From an uncultured virus (IMG/VR IMGVR_UViG_3300024179_000001) (taxonomy: Duplodnaviria > Heunggongvirae > Uroviricota > Caudoviricetes): a DNA stretch of 64,000 nucleotides. Positions 44,735-53,852 of the stretch are shown here, in pieces (positions within the stretch are counted from its first letter, which is position 1; every line of letters begins with the position of its first letter). The stretch is taken from the IMG/VR virus record IMGVR_UViG_3300024179_000001, one strand, 5' to 3'. The position numbers were made by a program, and so were the translations under genes. The notes under the pieces are model-generated. The model was given only the letters and a program-made list of their open reading frames with translations, was not told where the DNA came from and ran no database searches.

Positions 44735-45562
44735 ATGAGCAACGTACAACCATCTCTTTTCCCGGTGATCGAGGACGTCACGACTTTGTGGCGCGCACTC
44801 GTGAACGATACATTCACCGGAGTGAGCGGCGTTGCGGGATCCGGTCGCATTGCAACCGACGATGCGCCATTCACTCTTCCTTTTCTGAATTCAGCGATCA
44901 ACAAGGTTCTCCGGGATCTCCGCAACGAAGGCGTGACCTTTCCGATCAAGGACGGCATCGTCCTGAACGCAGTGCCTCCCGTGGTGCAGTCAGATCCGTC
45001 GGTCTTCGTGAACATCGGATACACGGGCACGAACAACGGGACGACGACGTCCGCTTCGCCAGCGCTACCAGGCGACTGCATGCAGGTTTACACGGTGCGC
45101 CAGCGGCAGACGGGATCGAATCTGCAGTTCACTCCGATGCGTCAGGCGCAGGAAGGCCTTGCATCTTCCTACCAGAACAACTGGCTCGGAATGTGGGAGT
45201 GGCGGCAGTACGCCATCTGGCTGAACGGATCGCTCGTGCCGCAGGACCTGATGATCCGTTATCAATCTGGTCAACCACCGATTAGGGTTGCTGCATCAGC
45301 GTTTTCAAGCACTCCTATCTTTATTCTGGACTGTGTTGACGCTCTCGCCAACCTGATGGCGGGGATGTACGGACGAGCTCGCGGAGCGAATCCAGTTTCG
45401 ATCAAGTCCGTCGAAGACGCAGCCGAGGGATACATCAGCGCCATGGCCGAGGAGTACATCCGTCGGCAGCAGACGGTGACCTATCAGCGGCAGTCGTATC
45501 AGGGTGGCGGATCGAACGAAGGCACGTTCACAGATCTTGGGGCAACCGGGACGGTGCAATAA
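44735..45562 (+). CDS. head-tail adaptor-like protein (putative)
   Basis: PFLNSAI..LP.DC pattern; position after the head genes. Confidence 0.55.
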   Translation: MSNVQPSLFPVIEDVTTLWRALVNDTFTGVSGVAGSGRIATDDAPFTLPFLNSAINKVLRDLRNEGVTFPIKDGIVLNAVPPVVQSDPSVFVNIGYTGTNNGTTTSASPALPGDCMQVYTVRQRQTGSNLQFTPMRQAQEGLASSYQNNWLGMWEWRQYAIWLNGSLVPQDLMIRYQSGQPPIRVAASAFSSTPIFILDCVDALANLMAGMYGRARGANPVSIKSVEDAAEGYISAMAEEYIRRQQTVTYQRQSYQGGGSNEGTFTDLGATGTVQ

Positions 45563-46578
45563 TGTCGGTCTTCCGCAAGGACGGCTCGATCAACTCGGCG
45601 CAAGGACCAGCTCTGCAGGGCGTCGTCGTTTACGTCTGCACGCAACCAGCAGTCACGAATACGGTGCCGCCCTCTCCGCTCGCATCCATCTTCTCGGATA
45701 GCGCGGGGCTCGTGCCGATCAATCAATCGACGAATCCGCTGCAGAGCGACGGCCTCGGCAACTGGTTTTTCTACGCGGCCACGGGCGTCTATACGATTGT
45801 GCTCTTCGATCCGATTGGACGGATCCCGACGGTAATCTTCCCGGATCAGCAAGTCGTGAGTCAGGGCGGGGGATCGGTCACGAGCGTCGCGCTGACAATG
45901 CCTGCGGAATTCTCGGTCGCCGGATCCCCGATCAGTTCCACTGGAACTTTCGCAGTAACGAAAGCGAACCAGAACGCCAACACTGTCGCCGCCGGACCAA
46001 CGAGCGGAGGCCCTGCGGCGTGGACTTTCCGGACTCTCGTCACTGCAGATCTTCCGGCGGGAGTCGGAACTGTAACGAGCGTACAGCTCGCAGTTGCAGC
46101 GAGCGCTCTTTTCACGGCGTCGATCACCGGAACGAATCCGATCATCGCCTCGGGCACGTTCACGCTGAATCTGGGTCTCGCAAACCAGAACGCGAATTCA
46201 TTTCTCGCCGGACCTGCTTCAGGCGGCGCCGGCGCGACAGCTTCGCGCTTAATGGTGGCAGCGGATATTTTCGGCATCACCACCGTGGCTTTTGTGGCGA
46301 CTCCGGTTTTCGACGCGTCCACTTTCCCTTCACCGCTTTTCAAGATGACGCTGACCGGAAACGTGACCTCGAGTAGTGTGACGAATCCGACGAACGGTCA
46401 ATTGATCACGTTCGAGCTCACTCAGGACGGCACAGGGAGTAGGACGTTCGCGTGGCCAGCGGATTTCAAGGGAGCTTCACCGATTGCTCCGGATGCGACG
46501 CTCGTCAGCTTGCAGAGTTTTCGTCGTGACGGTTCATTCTGGCGCGCGGAGAGCCCGGGCATCACGATGGCCCCGTAA
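45562..46578 (+). CDS. tail fibre/spike-like protein
   Basis: NPLQSDGLGNWFFYA head-binding-like N-terminus; GSVTSV/GTVTSV repeats; QDGTGSRTFAWP. Confidence 0.7.
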   Translation: MSVFRKDGSINSAQGPALQGVVVYVCTQPAVTNTVPPSPLASIFSDSAGLVPINQSTNPLQSDGLGNWFFYAATGVYTIVLFDPIGRIPTVIFPDQQVVSQGGGSVTSVALTMPAEFSVAGSPISSTGTFAVTKANQNANTVAAGPTSGGPAAWTFRTLVTADLPAGVGTVTSVQLAVAASALFTASITGTNPIIASGTFTLNLGLANQNANSFLAGPASGGAGATASRLMVAADIFGITTVAFVATPVFDASTFPSPLFKMTLTGNVTSSSVTNPTNGQLITFELTQDGTGSRTFAWPADFKGASPIAPDATLVSLQSFRRDGSFWRAESPGITMAP

Positions 46579-46662
46579 AGATTTTCACTCGCGCTTCGAT
46601 GGGCGAGGAAAGTAAGACACTGCAGTCCTTCTCAGGTTGCAGACAATAGAAGGAGCCACACC

Positions 46663-47040
46663 ATGGCCGTCGCAACACTTACAGTTAAGGCTGGATTCGT
46701 ACAGACCAACGACCAGCGTACGCAAAGCTTCTGGGGCACGTTTCAGGTCAGCGCGCCGACGGACATTTATCCGGCCGGTGGGTTCTCTCTGGATCCTGTG
46801 CTTCTGGCAGCTCTCCAGCCGAACACTAATACTGGTTTAATCGGATTTCAGGCGAACGGTTCCGGTGCTGGTTATATCTATCAGCGCATTCCGTCCACCG
46901 GAAAACTGATGGTCTTGCAGGTTCCTTTCAACGGATCGCTCACCACGGCGGCGCCGCTGATTCAGTATCCGTCCTCGGCGGTGTCTGGCATCTGGGCTGA
47001 CGTGATCAGCTTTGAAGCCATCTATCTCCGCAACGCGTAA
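46663..47040 (+). CDS. small virion structural protein (putative)
   Basis: AAGGAG SD; YPAGG...GYIYQ...GKL. Confidence 0.55.
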   Translation: MAVATLTVKAGFVQTNDQRTQSFWGTFQVSAPTDIYPAGGFSLDPVLLAALQPNTNTGLIGFQANGSGAGYIYQRIPSTGKLMVLQVPFNGSLTTAAPLIQYPSSAVSGIWADVISFEAIYLRNA

Positions 47041-47492
47041 GCCTTATTTTCGGCTTGTTGCTTCCATGTGGCCCAACGGCAATTACTCGGCTCGTAGTTG
47101 CCGTTGGGGTCCGGGAATCTATCCAAGGTGAGACGCGGAGATTTTTTGTGACCCATATCAGCGAGAAAATTCGCAAAGGACTTTTTCCATCTGGAGCACA
47201 CAGTTACACCTCTACCCCCGTACCTATGGAAGCTGTGATAGTTGGGATTGAGACAACGCTGAAGCATGTTCCAGTAAGAAAAATATTCCGGCTTTCCCCA
47301 GTGCCCGTGTTTAGAAAGCGCGCATCCGCAACTCGTTGTTTGTTTCCCAACGAGATTTTTCCCGAGAGCGCGCTTTGTCTTTCCGCAATCGCAGAGGCAC
47401 AACCAGAGAGATCCACTTTTTCTATTTGGGATCCGTTTGATTACCACAAGTCTTCCAAAGCGGAGTCCTTGAAGTGTGAGCGCTTTTCTCAT
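47022..47492 (-). CDS. HNH homing endonuclease-like protein, inverted in the late operon
   Basis: GLRFGRLVV..WLCLCDCG..SCGC..YGGRGVTVCSRW..LDR...NGNYEPSNCRWAT. Confidence 0.88.
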   Translation of the reverse strand: MRKALTLQGLRFGRLVVIKRIPNRKSGSLWLCLCDCGKTKRALGKNLVGKQTTSCGCALSKHGHWGKPEYFSYWNMLQRCLNPNYHSFHRYGGRGVTVCSRWKKSFANFLADMGHKKSPRLTLDRFPDPNGNYEPSNCRWATWKQQAENKAYALRR

Positions 47493-47520
47493 TTCGTGCA
47501 TTTTATAAGGGAGTAGTAAA

Positions 47521-50500
47521 ATTAACAACGCTGATCAGCCTTTCATCTCTGCACCGATGGAGTTGATGGGTGGCCTCTACACCGAGGCCACGCCTGAATC
47601 GCTCCCGCTCGGCGCGAGCCCCCGCGTAATCAACTGCGATTTCATTCTTGGTTCGGTCTTTCAGCGCCCGGGAAAACAAAGCCAGTTCTACTTCGGAAGT
47701 ATCTTCATCGAAAATGTCACGAAGTCGGCATCGAGTGTCGCTGGATCGCAGGCGCCGAATGAAGCCGCCTGGTCGAACCCAACCAACGCCACGAAAAATA
47801 TTCCCGGGACGTACGCTTCCGTCACACTGAATTTCGGTGGTGGAACTGGTCCGATTGGTCCTGTCGATAAAGTGGTGACCGCTGGATCTAACATTGCTCA
47901 GGCAGGATTTTCCGTTGGTCCCATCACGCCGAGTCTCGCCGGAGAGTGGGCTTTCCTCGCTCTCCATTCGTCTGGAACTGTTTACGCCCCGCCTTTTGCC
48001 GTATTCGATTCCGTGAGCGTCCAAGCCAGCGCACTGTTCACTGGCCTGAATCCACTTACTGCCACTGGAAATTTCGGTGGACCGAATCAGACATGGGCTG
48101 CTGTTCTCGCTTCGTTTTTCACAAACGGATCCACGCCAGTAGTCTTTAACACCAATCACGGAAACAACTCGGCGTCTTTCCCAGTGTCGTCGATGGTGGT
48201 CAATCTTCCGCACTCCACGGTTCAGGGGCATACGATTCTCGTGACCTGTTACGACCTCGGTGCCGTCAACCTAAACAACGTCACTGCCGTAGACAACCTC
48301 GGGAACAACTACACGCTGATCGGGAAGTCGCAGAACGGCATTGGCGGCCGCGACATGTTCCTGCTTGGCCTTGCGAACATCCCTGCGGGAATCACTCAAC
48401 TCACGATCTCAAAGTCTGGTGGTTTTGCCAGTGCCCAGTGCGAAGTGCAGGAAATCGCTAACTTCTCTTCTCCACCACCGACCCCGGGAGTGAGCCAGAT
48501 CCTGCAGTCGCTGAATTTCGCATTCAACATTCCATCGACACAATTCGTGCTCGGCATGGAAGTCGAAGTCAGCGGGAATCAATCGGACCTGACGGCCAAC
48601 TCGATCCTGACGGCGACAGTCGTCAGCGGTGGCGTTACATCGGCGCCTGTCACTGGCCAGCTTCCTTCTGTCGATGGGACTATCGCCCTCGGCCAGCCAA
48701 CTTCCAACTTCGGATTTGCACTGACTCCTGCGTTCATGAACAGCCCGAACCTCACCGTGAATCTGGTGGCGAGCGCATCGGCGGCGAACGCTGTTTTCAA
48801 TATCTATGCCGTGAAACTGAAAGTTTTCGTGACACCAAATCCGCCGCCGAATTTCAACTACATCAAAACCTTTGCAGAGACGGGCGGCGAAGTACTGACG
48901 CTGGTGCTCGGAAGCGACGGAGTCTTCTACCAGGAAGACGCGATCAATGCTCCGGGCGTGCTCACGGGTGTCGCCACGAATATTCTTCCGGATAGTTTCG
49001 CGCAGTCCGCGACAGTCGATGATCGTGAGTTCATCGCGGTATCGAATCTGCAGAACGGCACCGATGTACCGCGCACCTACACGCCGCCGAATTTCGACCG
49101 CCTGAGCCAAGTGGGCCCGGGAGCTCCTCCGGCGGCTTCCTCTTCCTCGGCGTCGAATACCATCGTGTCGATCACGCAGCCGACGGTGAAAAGCGACGTC
49201 GCTAATCCGGGACATCTTTCCGGGATCCTGTGGTCCGCTGGCCCCGGATCCACCGCTGTTGGAAACGTGCTCACCGTTTATTACGTCGGAACAAATTTCC
49301 AGCCAGTTGCTGATCCGGATCTCGTGATCGGCGCCGGCGTGCAACTTGCCGGAATCGATCCCTCACAATTCGCTGGCCAGACGGTGAACGGCGATTACAT
49401 CATCACGAGCGTTGGACAGGGCGTTCCTCCGGGCGCGGCACAATCGCGCTGGTATTTCACGGTGACGATGCCGTCGTCGCAGTCGATCAATCAGGCGAAT
49501 CACATCGAAGCGCACGCACCGACAGGAACCTATCAGGTGACAACGGCAACCCTGACGGCTGCCGCGCAGGTTCCGAATCTCGAGGTTGGCGGCACGCTGC
49601 AGATTTCCGGGACCGGAGGAGCTCCGACTGCCGGATACGATGGCAGCTGGACCGTCAACGCCACGCCGAACGCTTCGCAGCTGCAGATCACGAGCACGGT
49701 GCTCAATGGAAACGTGGCGACGTACGGATTCAACCTGATCACGGGAACGAATCCTGTCGTCGGCCAGATCATCACTGTCAGCGGAACACTGAACGGAAAC
49801 GGGATCTTCAACGTCCAGAATCAGGCGATCTCCGCGACGTCGCCGGGATCGTTCTCGATCACCTTGTTCGGTCCCAATGTTTCGTCAGCTGCTGAAACCG
49901 GATCAGGCATCATTTTCGGAACGATCTTCCAATTTGATCCTCTGGTGATCGTCGGCAACAGGCTCGGTGGGAATCTCGTCACCACCGGGATCATCAGCGC
50001 TGGCGTGCGGAAGGTCTGCTACTCGTTCCTGACGCGAAATGGCTTCATGACCCAGCCTTCGCCGATTACGACTTTCGATGTGACATCCGGCGCCGCGAAC
50101 CTGCAGATCTCGAATCTCCTGACCGGACCCTCGAACGTGATCGCCCGGGTGATCCACCTGACGGCCGCGAACGGCAGCAACTTCTACAATATTCCCGAGC
50201 CCGTTCCGATAAATGACAACGGAACGATTGTCACCAGCACATCGACGTGGGTGAACGACAACACGACCCAGAGCGTCACACTGAGTTTTTCAGATGGTGT
50301 GCTCCTCGCCGCCGATCAGATCGATATTCAGGGAAACAACCTCTTCGAGAATATCGAGCTCGGAAGCTGTGTTGCGCTGATCCCTTACAACCAGCGGATC
50401 TTCGCCGTCGGCGAACAGAACAAGATCACAAATCTGCTGAACTTTTCCTTTGACGGCGGCATTACGGCCTCCGGAGCTCCAGCCGGATGGACCGTGGATC

Positions 50501-52092
50501 CAACGAACGGCGCCGGCGGCAGCGTTGTGAGCTCGCCCGTTTTCGGAAACGCTTATCAGATCCTGAATTCCTCGGGCATTTCGCAAGCAACCTACGGGAT
50601 GATCACGCAGAACGCGTTCGAGGATGAATTCCTCGTGCCGATCATCAACGCGTCAACGACGTACAGCGTGCGCGTGACCGCACAGGTGCCGACAGGAGCT
50701 GCTGGCGGAAATCTTGTCGTGGATCTCTTCAGCCCGTCGTTCAACAAAGTTTTCGGATCGTTCACTCAGGCGCTCTCCGGAATCGCGACAACGATGCAGA
50801 TCTTTACCGGGACGCTGCTGACGACAACCTTTGCTCCAGTTCCCAGCGATCTCCTGATCCGGATCTACGCGACGACGATTGCGAATGGCGTCGAAGTGAT
50901 CATTGATCGCATCGAGCCATTCCCCACGGAGACGCCGAACCTGAACGTGCAGGTGATCGGATCCTATAGCGAGGCCTTCGAGCAGTTTGATCGTCTGACT
51001 GGAATCGTGAAGGCGAACCAGCAGAACCAGCAGCCAGTGGTTTCCGGATTCGTGCTCTCCGGAAATTTCTATCTCGTGAAGACTGGCTCGATCGTCGCCG
51101 TCAACAGCAATGACACGACGGAGCCATCGTTCTGGAATACGCCGCGCGTGATTTCTCAAACCGTCGGCGCCGTCGGTCCTTACGCTGTTTCGCTCGCCAT
51201 CGACACGAAGAATTCCGGCGAAGAGTGGGCCGTCATCGCCAACCAGGCAGGAGCATTCCTCTTTCAGGGCAGCCAGCCGATCAAGCTTTCTGAAGAGATC
51301 CAGCGGCTCTGGAACATGATCAACTGGATCGTCGGCTACACAGTGTGGGTGCAGAACGACATCATCAACCGCAGGATCCTGATCGGCGTGCCGCTCAAGG
51401 CGCTGCAGGTGGATGGAACAGTGCCGACGTGGCTCCCTGTAGGGCTTTTCACGGATAACAATCCTCAGACACCGAATGCGATCCTTGCGCTGAACTACAA
51501 GCAGCTGAACACGGCGAACGCGCTCGCAAGCGACGTGATGATCCACCGGAGCTACTCCGGGAAACTGATCGCCTCGGACATCGTGCGGAAGTGGTCGATC
51601 TGGACCGTGAAGGCGCCGTGCGCCGCCTTCGTGCAGCGGCTGGACACAACGACACCGCTCTTCCTCGGGAATTCGGATCACAACGGAAAGATCTTCGCGC
51701 TAATCGAGGGCCTGCTGCAGGATGACGGCAATGCCGTCAACCAGATCTACGCGACAGCAGGCTTCATGCCGACAGAGGCCGCCGAAGGAATGCAGCTGGG
51801 CGTCACGCGGTTCACATTCGAGTACGCGACGATGGTGATCGACGGATCTGGAACTGTCGTGACGACGGTCTATCCGAACACGCTCGACACTCCGTACTCG
51901 CACGTCCTGTTGCCGAATCTGGCGCTGCCGGCGTCTACCAACGGAGACGTCGAAATGCCGCTGAACGAAACCGGATCGCGTCTCTTCCTGATCTTCAGCT
52001 CGAACGCAGTTGGATCAGGATACGAGCTCTCGCGGCTGATCGTGATGATGACAAAGGATCCATGGAGCCCGATCCGTGGTGTGAATAATTAA
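47521..52092 (+). CDS. large tail nozzle/stabilisation-like protein with inserted beta-domains; probable ATT start
   Basis: MGGLYTEATPESLPLGASPRVINCDF N-terminus typical of podovirus tail proteins; AAGGGAG 7 nt before ATT 47521. Confidence 0.7.
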   Translation: MNNADQPFISAPMELMGGLYTEATPESLPLGASPRVINCDFILGSVFQRPGKQSQFYFGSIFIENVTKSASSVAGSQAPNEAAWSNPTNATKNIPGTYASVTLNFGGGTGPIGPVDKVVTAGSNIAQAGFSVGPITPSLAGEWAFLALHSSGTVYAPPFAVFDSVSVQASALFTGLNPLTATGNFGGPNQTWAAVLASFFTNGSTPVVFNTNHGNNSASFPVSSMVVNLPHSTVQGHTILVTCYDLGAVNLNNVTAVDNLGNNYTLIGKSQNGIGGRDMFLLGLANIPAGITQLTISKSGGFASAQCEVQEIANFSSPPPTPGVSQILQSLNFAFNIPSTQFVLGMEVEVSGNQSDLTANSILTATVVSGGVTSAPVTGQLPSVDGTIALGQPTSNFGFALTPAFMNSPNLTVNLVASASAANAVFNIYAVKLKVFVTPNPPPNFNYIKTFAETGGEVLTLVLGSDGVFYQEDAINAPGVLTGVATNILPDSFAQSATVDDREFIAVSNLQNGTDVPRTYTPPNFDRLSQVGPGAPPAASSSSASNTIVSITQPTVKSDVANPGHLSGILWSAGPGSTAVGNVLTVYYVGTNFQPVADPDLVIGAGVQLAGIDPSQFAGQTVNGDYIITSVGQGVPPGAAQSRWYFTVTMPSSQSINQANHIEAHAPTGTYQVTTATLTAAAQVPNLEVGGTLQISGTGGAPTAGYDGSWTVNATPNASQLQITSTVLNGNVATYGFNLITGTNPVVGQIITVSGTLNGNGIFNVQNQAISATSPGSFSITLFGPNVSSAAETGSGIIFGTIFQFDPLVIVGNRLGGNLVTTGIISAGVRKVCYSFLTRNGFMTQPSPITTFDVTSGAANLQISNLLTGPSNVIARVIHLTAANGSNFYNIPEPVPINDNGTIVTSTSTWVNDNTTQSVTLSFSDGVLLAADQIDIQGNNLFENIELGSCVALIPYNQRIFAVGEQNKITNLLNFSFDGGITASGAPAGWTVDPTNGAGGSVVSSPVFGNAYQILNSSGISQATYGMITQNAFEDEFLVPIINASTTYSVRVTAQVPTGAAGGNLVVDLFSPSFNKVFGSFTQALSGIATTMQIFTGTLLTTTFAPVPSDLLIRIYATTIANGVEVIIDRIEPFPTETPNLNVQVIGSYSEAFEQFDRLTGIVKANQQNQQPVVSGFVLSGNFYLVKTGSIVAVNSNDTTEPSFWNTPRVISQTVGAVGPYAVSLAIDTKNSGEEWAVIANQAGAFLFQGSQPIKLSEEIQRLWNMINWIVGYTVWVQNDIINRRILIGVPLKALQVDGTVPTWLPVGLFTDNNPQTPNAILALNYKQLNTANALASDVMIHRSYSGKLIASDIVRKWSIWTVKAPCAAFVQRLDTTTPLFLGNSDHNGKIFALIEGLLQDDGNAVNQIYATAGFMPTEAAEGMQLGVTRFTFEYATMVIDGSGTVVTTVYPNTLDTPYSHVLLPNLALPASTNGDVEMPLNETGSRLFLIFSSNAVGSGYELSRLIVMMTKDPWSPIRGVNN

Positions 52093-52101
52093 GGCTTAAT
52101 T

Positions 52102-52695
52102 ATGCCCATCGACATCGAAAAGGAGATCACCTTCCTCCGCAACATTCCGGAGATCGGACGCTATCTGGGTGAAGCGTTCCGGAAGATGGTCGATGGAACA
52201 AACCTACTGGGCCAGAATTCAGCGGTGGATGCGGTTGGAACGATGCCGCCGCCTCCGACAGTGCAGCAGCTGCAGGTAAAGACAAACGGCGCAGGCCTCG
52301 TCCACGCCGTGATCACCGATAACAATCCGATCCAGAAAAACCTGCACTACTTCGTCGAGTACGATACGGATCCAAGTTTTCTAAAGCCGCACGTCGTTCA
52401 CCTCGGCGCATCCCGTTCAATGAACCCGTTGAACCTGCCAGCGCTCGACGACAACGGGAATCCGCAGAAGTTTTATTTTCGCGCCTATTCGCAGTACCCG
52501 GGAAGCAAACCAGGCACAGTGGTGCATTTTGGCGGCGACATGCCGACGGCAGTCGATCCCGGAGGAACGCAGCAGATGACGCTGCTCCCATCGACGGGAT
52601 CCGGAACCGCGCAAGCGACAGGTGAGCAGGGCGGATCTGGTTTTGGTAAAGTCCTCTTCAGGCCAGCGCCCAGTGCGAAGAGGTCCGCGAAGTGA
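52102..52695 (+). CDS. tail-associated protein
   Basis: Position; FN3-like YFVEY...YFRAYS. Confidence 0.55.
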   Translation: MPIDIEKEITFLRNIPEIGRYLGEAFRKMVDGTNLLGQNSAVDAVGTMPPPPTVQQLQVKTNGAGLVHAVITDNNPIQKNLHYFVEYDTDPSFLKPHVVHLGASRSMNPLNLPALDDNGNPQKFYFRAYSQYPGSKPGTVVHFGGDMPTAVDPGGTQQMTLLPSTGSGTAQATGEQGGSGFGKVLFRPAPSAKRSAK

Positions 52696-53120
52696 TCAGG
52701 CATTTCGACTTCAGTGAAATAGAAAAAGCGCGTGAGATTCACAAGGCAAACGGACTCGACGAAAGATGCTTCCCGGATCTCGAAGTCAGGACCGAGAAGG
52801 GCGATATCGTTCCGAATCCGCTTTTTGTCGTGAAAGAAGTTTTCGAGCACGAAGGCGCGCCAGTGCTGATGAGCTTTCTGAAGATCACCTCGGAGCTCTA
52901 CCTGCTCGTCGATCACACGGTGGGAACGCCAGCGGATCGCTGGGAGTGGCTCAAAGCTTTCAAGGAGCACATGAAAGTGGAAGCGTGGCGGCTGGGTCTC
53001 GATCAGATGACCGCATGGATCCCGTCCGACATCGAAAAAAGTTTCGCAGACAGGCTTGAGGAAATGGGCTTCATCAAGTCGCCGTGGCAATCGTGGACAC
53101 TGAATATCGAGAACGAGTGA
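52692..53120 (+). CDS. GNAT-like virion assembly protein
   Basis: C-terminal FADRLEEMGF; position before the ejection proteins. Confidence 0.5.
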   Translation: MIRHFDFSEIEKAREIHKANGLDERCFPDLEVRTEKGDIVPNPLFVVKEVFEHEGAPVLMSFLKITSELYLLVDHTVGTPADRWEWLKAFKEHMKVEAWRLGLDQMTAWIPSDIEKSFADRLEEMGFIKSPWQSWTLNIENE

Positions 53121-53180
53121 TCAGCGAGTCCGATTTGTGGCATACTCTACACGAATCGGGTTAAGGTGAGGAGCAGCACT

Positions 53181-53843
53181 ATGGCCCGAATCACGATCAA
53201 CCCAGTCATCGACATGGAAACGCTCCAACTCGTCGGCCACGACGGGCAGTACGAAATCGATCACATCCCACTTCGTTTTGATCGCGGCGCCACGGGGCAA
53301 GCGAAGAAGCTCGGCCAGCAGGCCGGAGAAACCGGAGCAACGGCTGGATCAGAAGCTGCCGTTGATCGGTCTTCTGTTATTCCCGGGCTCGTTCGCGACG
53401 TCAATAATCCAACCGGATTCACTCCCGAGCAACGAAACGACATGCTCGTGAAGCAGCAGGAAGCGGCTGGCGGTGGAAACGCAGCCGTGACCGGAGAAGG
53501 GCGCCTCGCGGCATTGCGTACGCGCACCGCCGGAGGTTTTGCGCCGGCGCTCGCCGAAGCCGCGCGATCCAAGGGACGCACACTCGCGACAGGTGCTCTC
53601 GACGTAGCGAACCGCAACGCGGAGCTCGAGCAACAGAAGCAGGCGCAGGCGCGCCAGCAACTGCTCGGACTGTACGGAGTCGATACATCGAACATGCTGA
53701 AATCCATGGGCCTGCAGTCTCAGGATCTTCAGGATCAGCTCGCCGCTGGCCGTCAGGGCTGGCTGCAGAACACCGAAGGCGTGCTGGGTACCCTCGGAAA
53801 TCTCGGATCGAGTGCAGCTGGAGTTAAGAAGGCGTTCGGCTAA
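53181..53843 (+). CDS. ejection (internal virion) protein, small
   Basis: GAGGAG SD; A/G/Q-rich helical protein. Confidence 0.6.
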   Translation: MARITINPVIDMETLQLVGHDGQYEIDHIPLRFDRGATGQAKKLGQQAGETGATAGSEAAVDRSSVIPGLVRDVNNPTGFTPEQRNDMLVKQQEAAGGGNAAVTGEGRLAALRTRTAGGFAPALAEAARSKGRTLATGALDVANRNAELEQQKQAQARQQLLGLYGVDTSNMLKSMGLQSQDLQDQLAAGRQGWLQNTEGVLGTLGNLGSSAAGVKKAFG

Positions 53844-53852
53844 GGGAAACTG

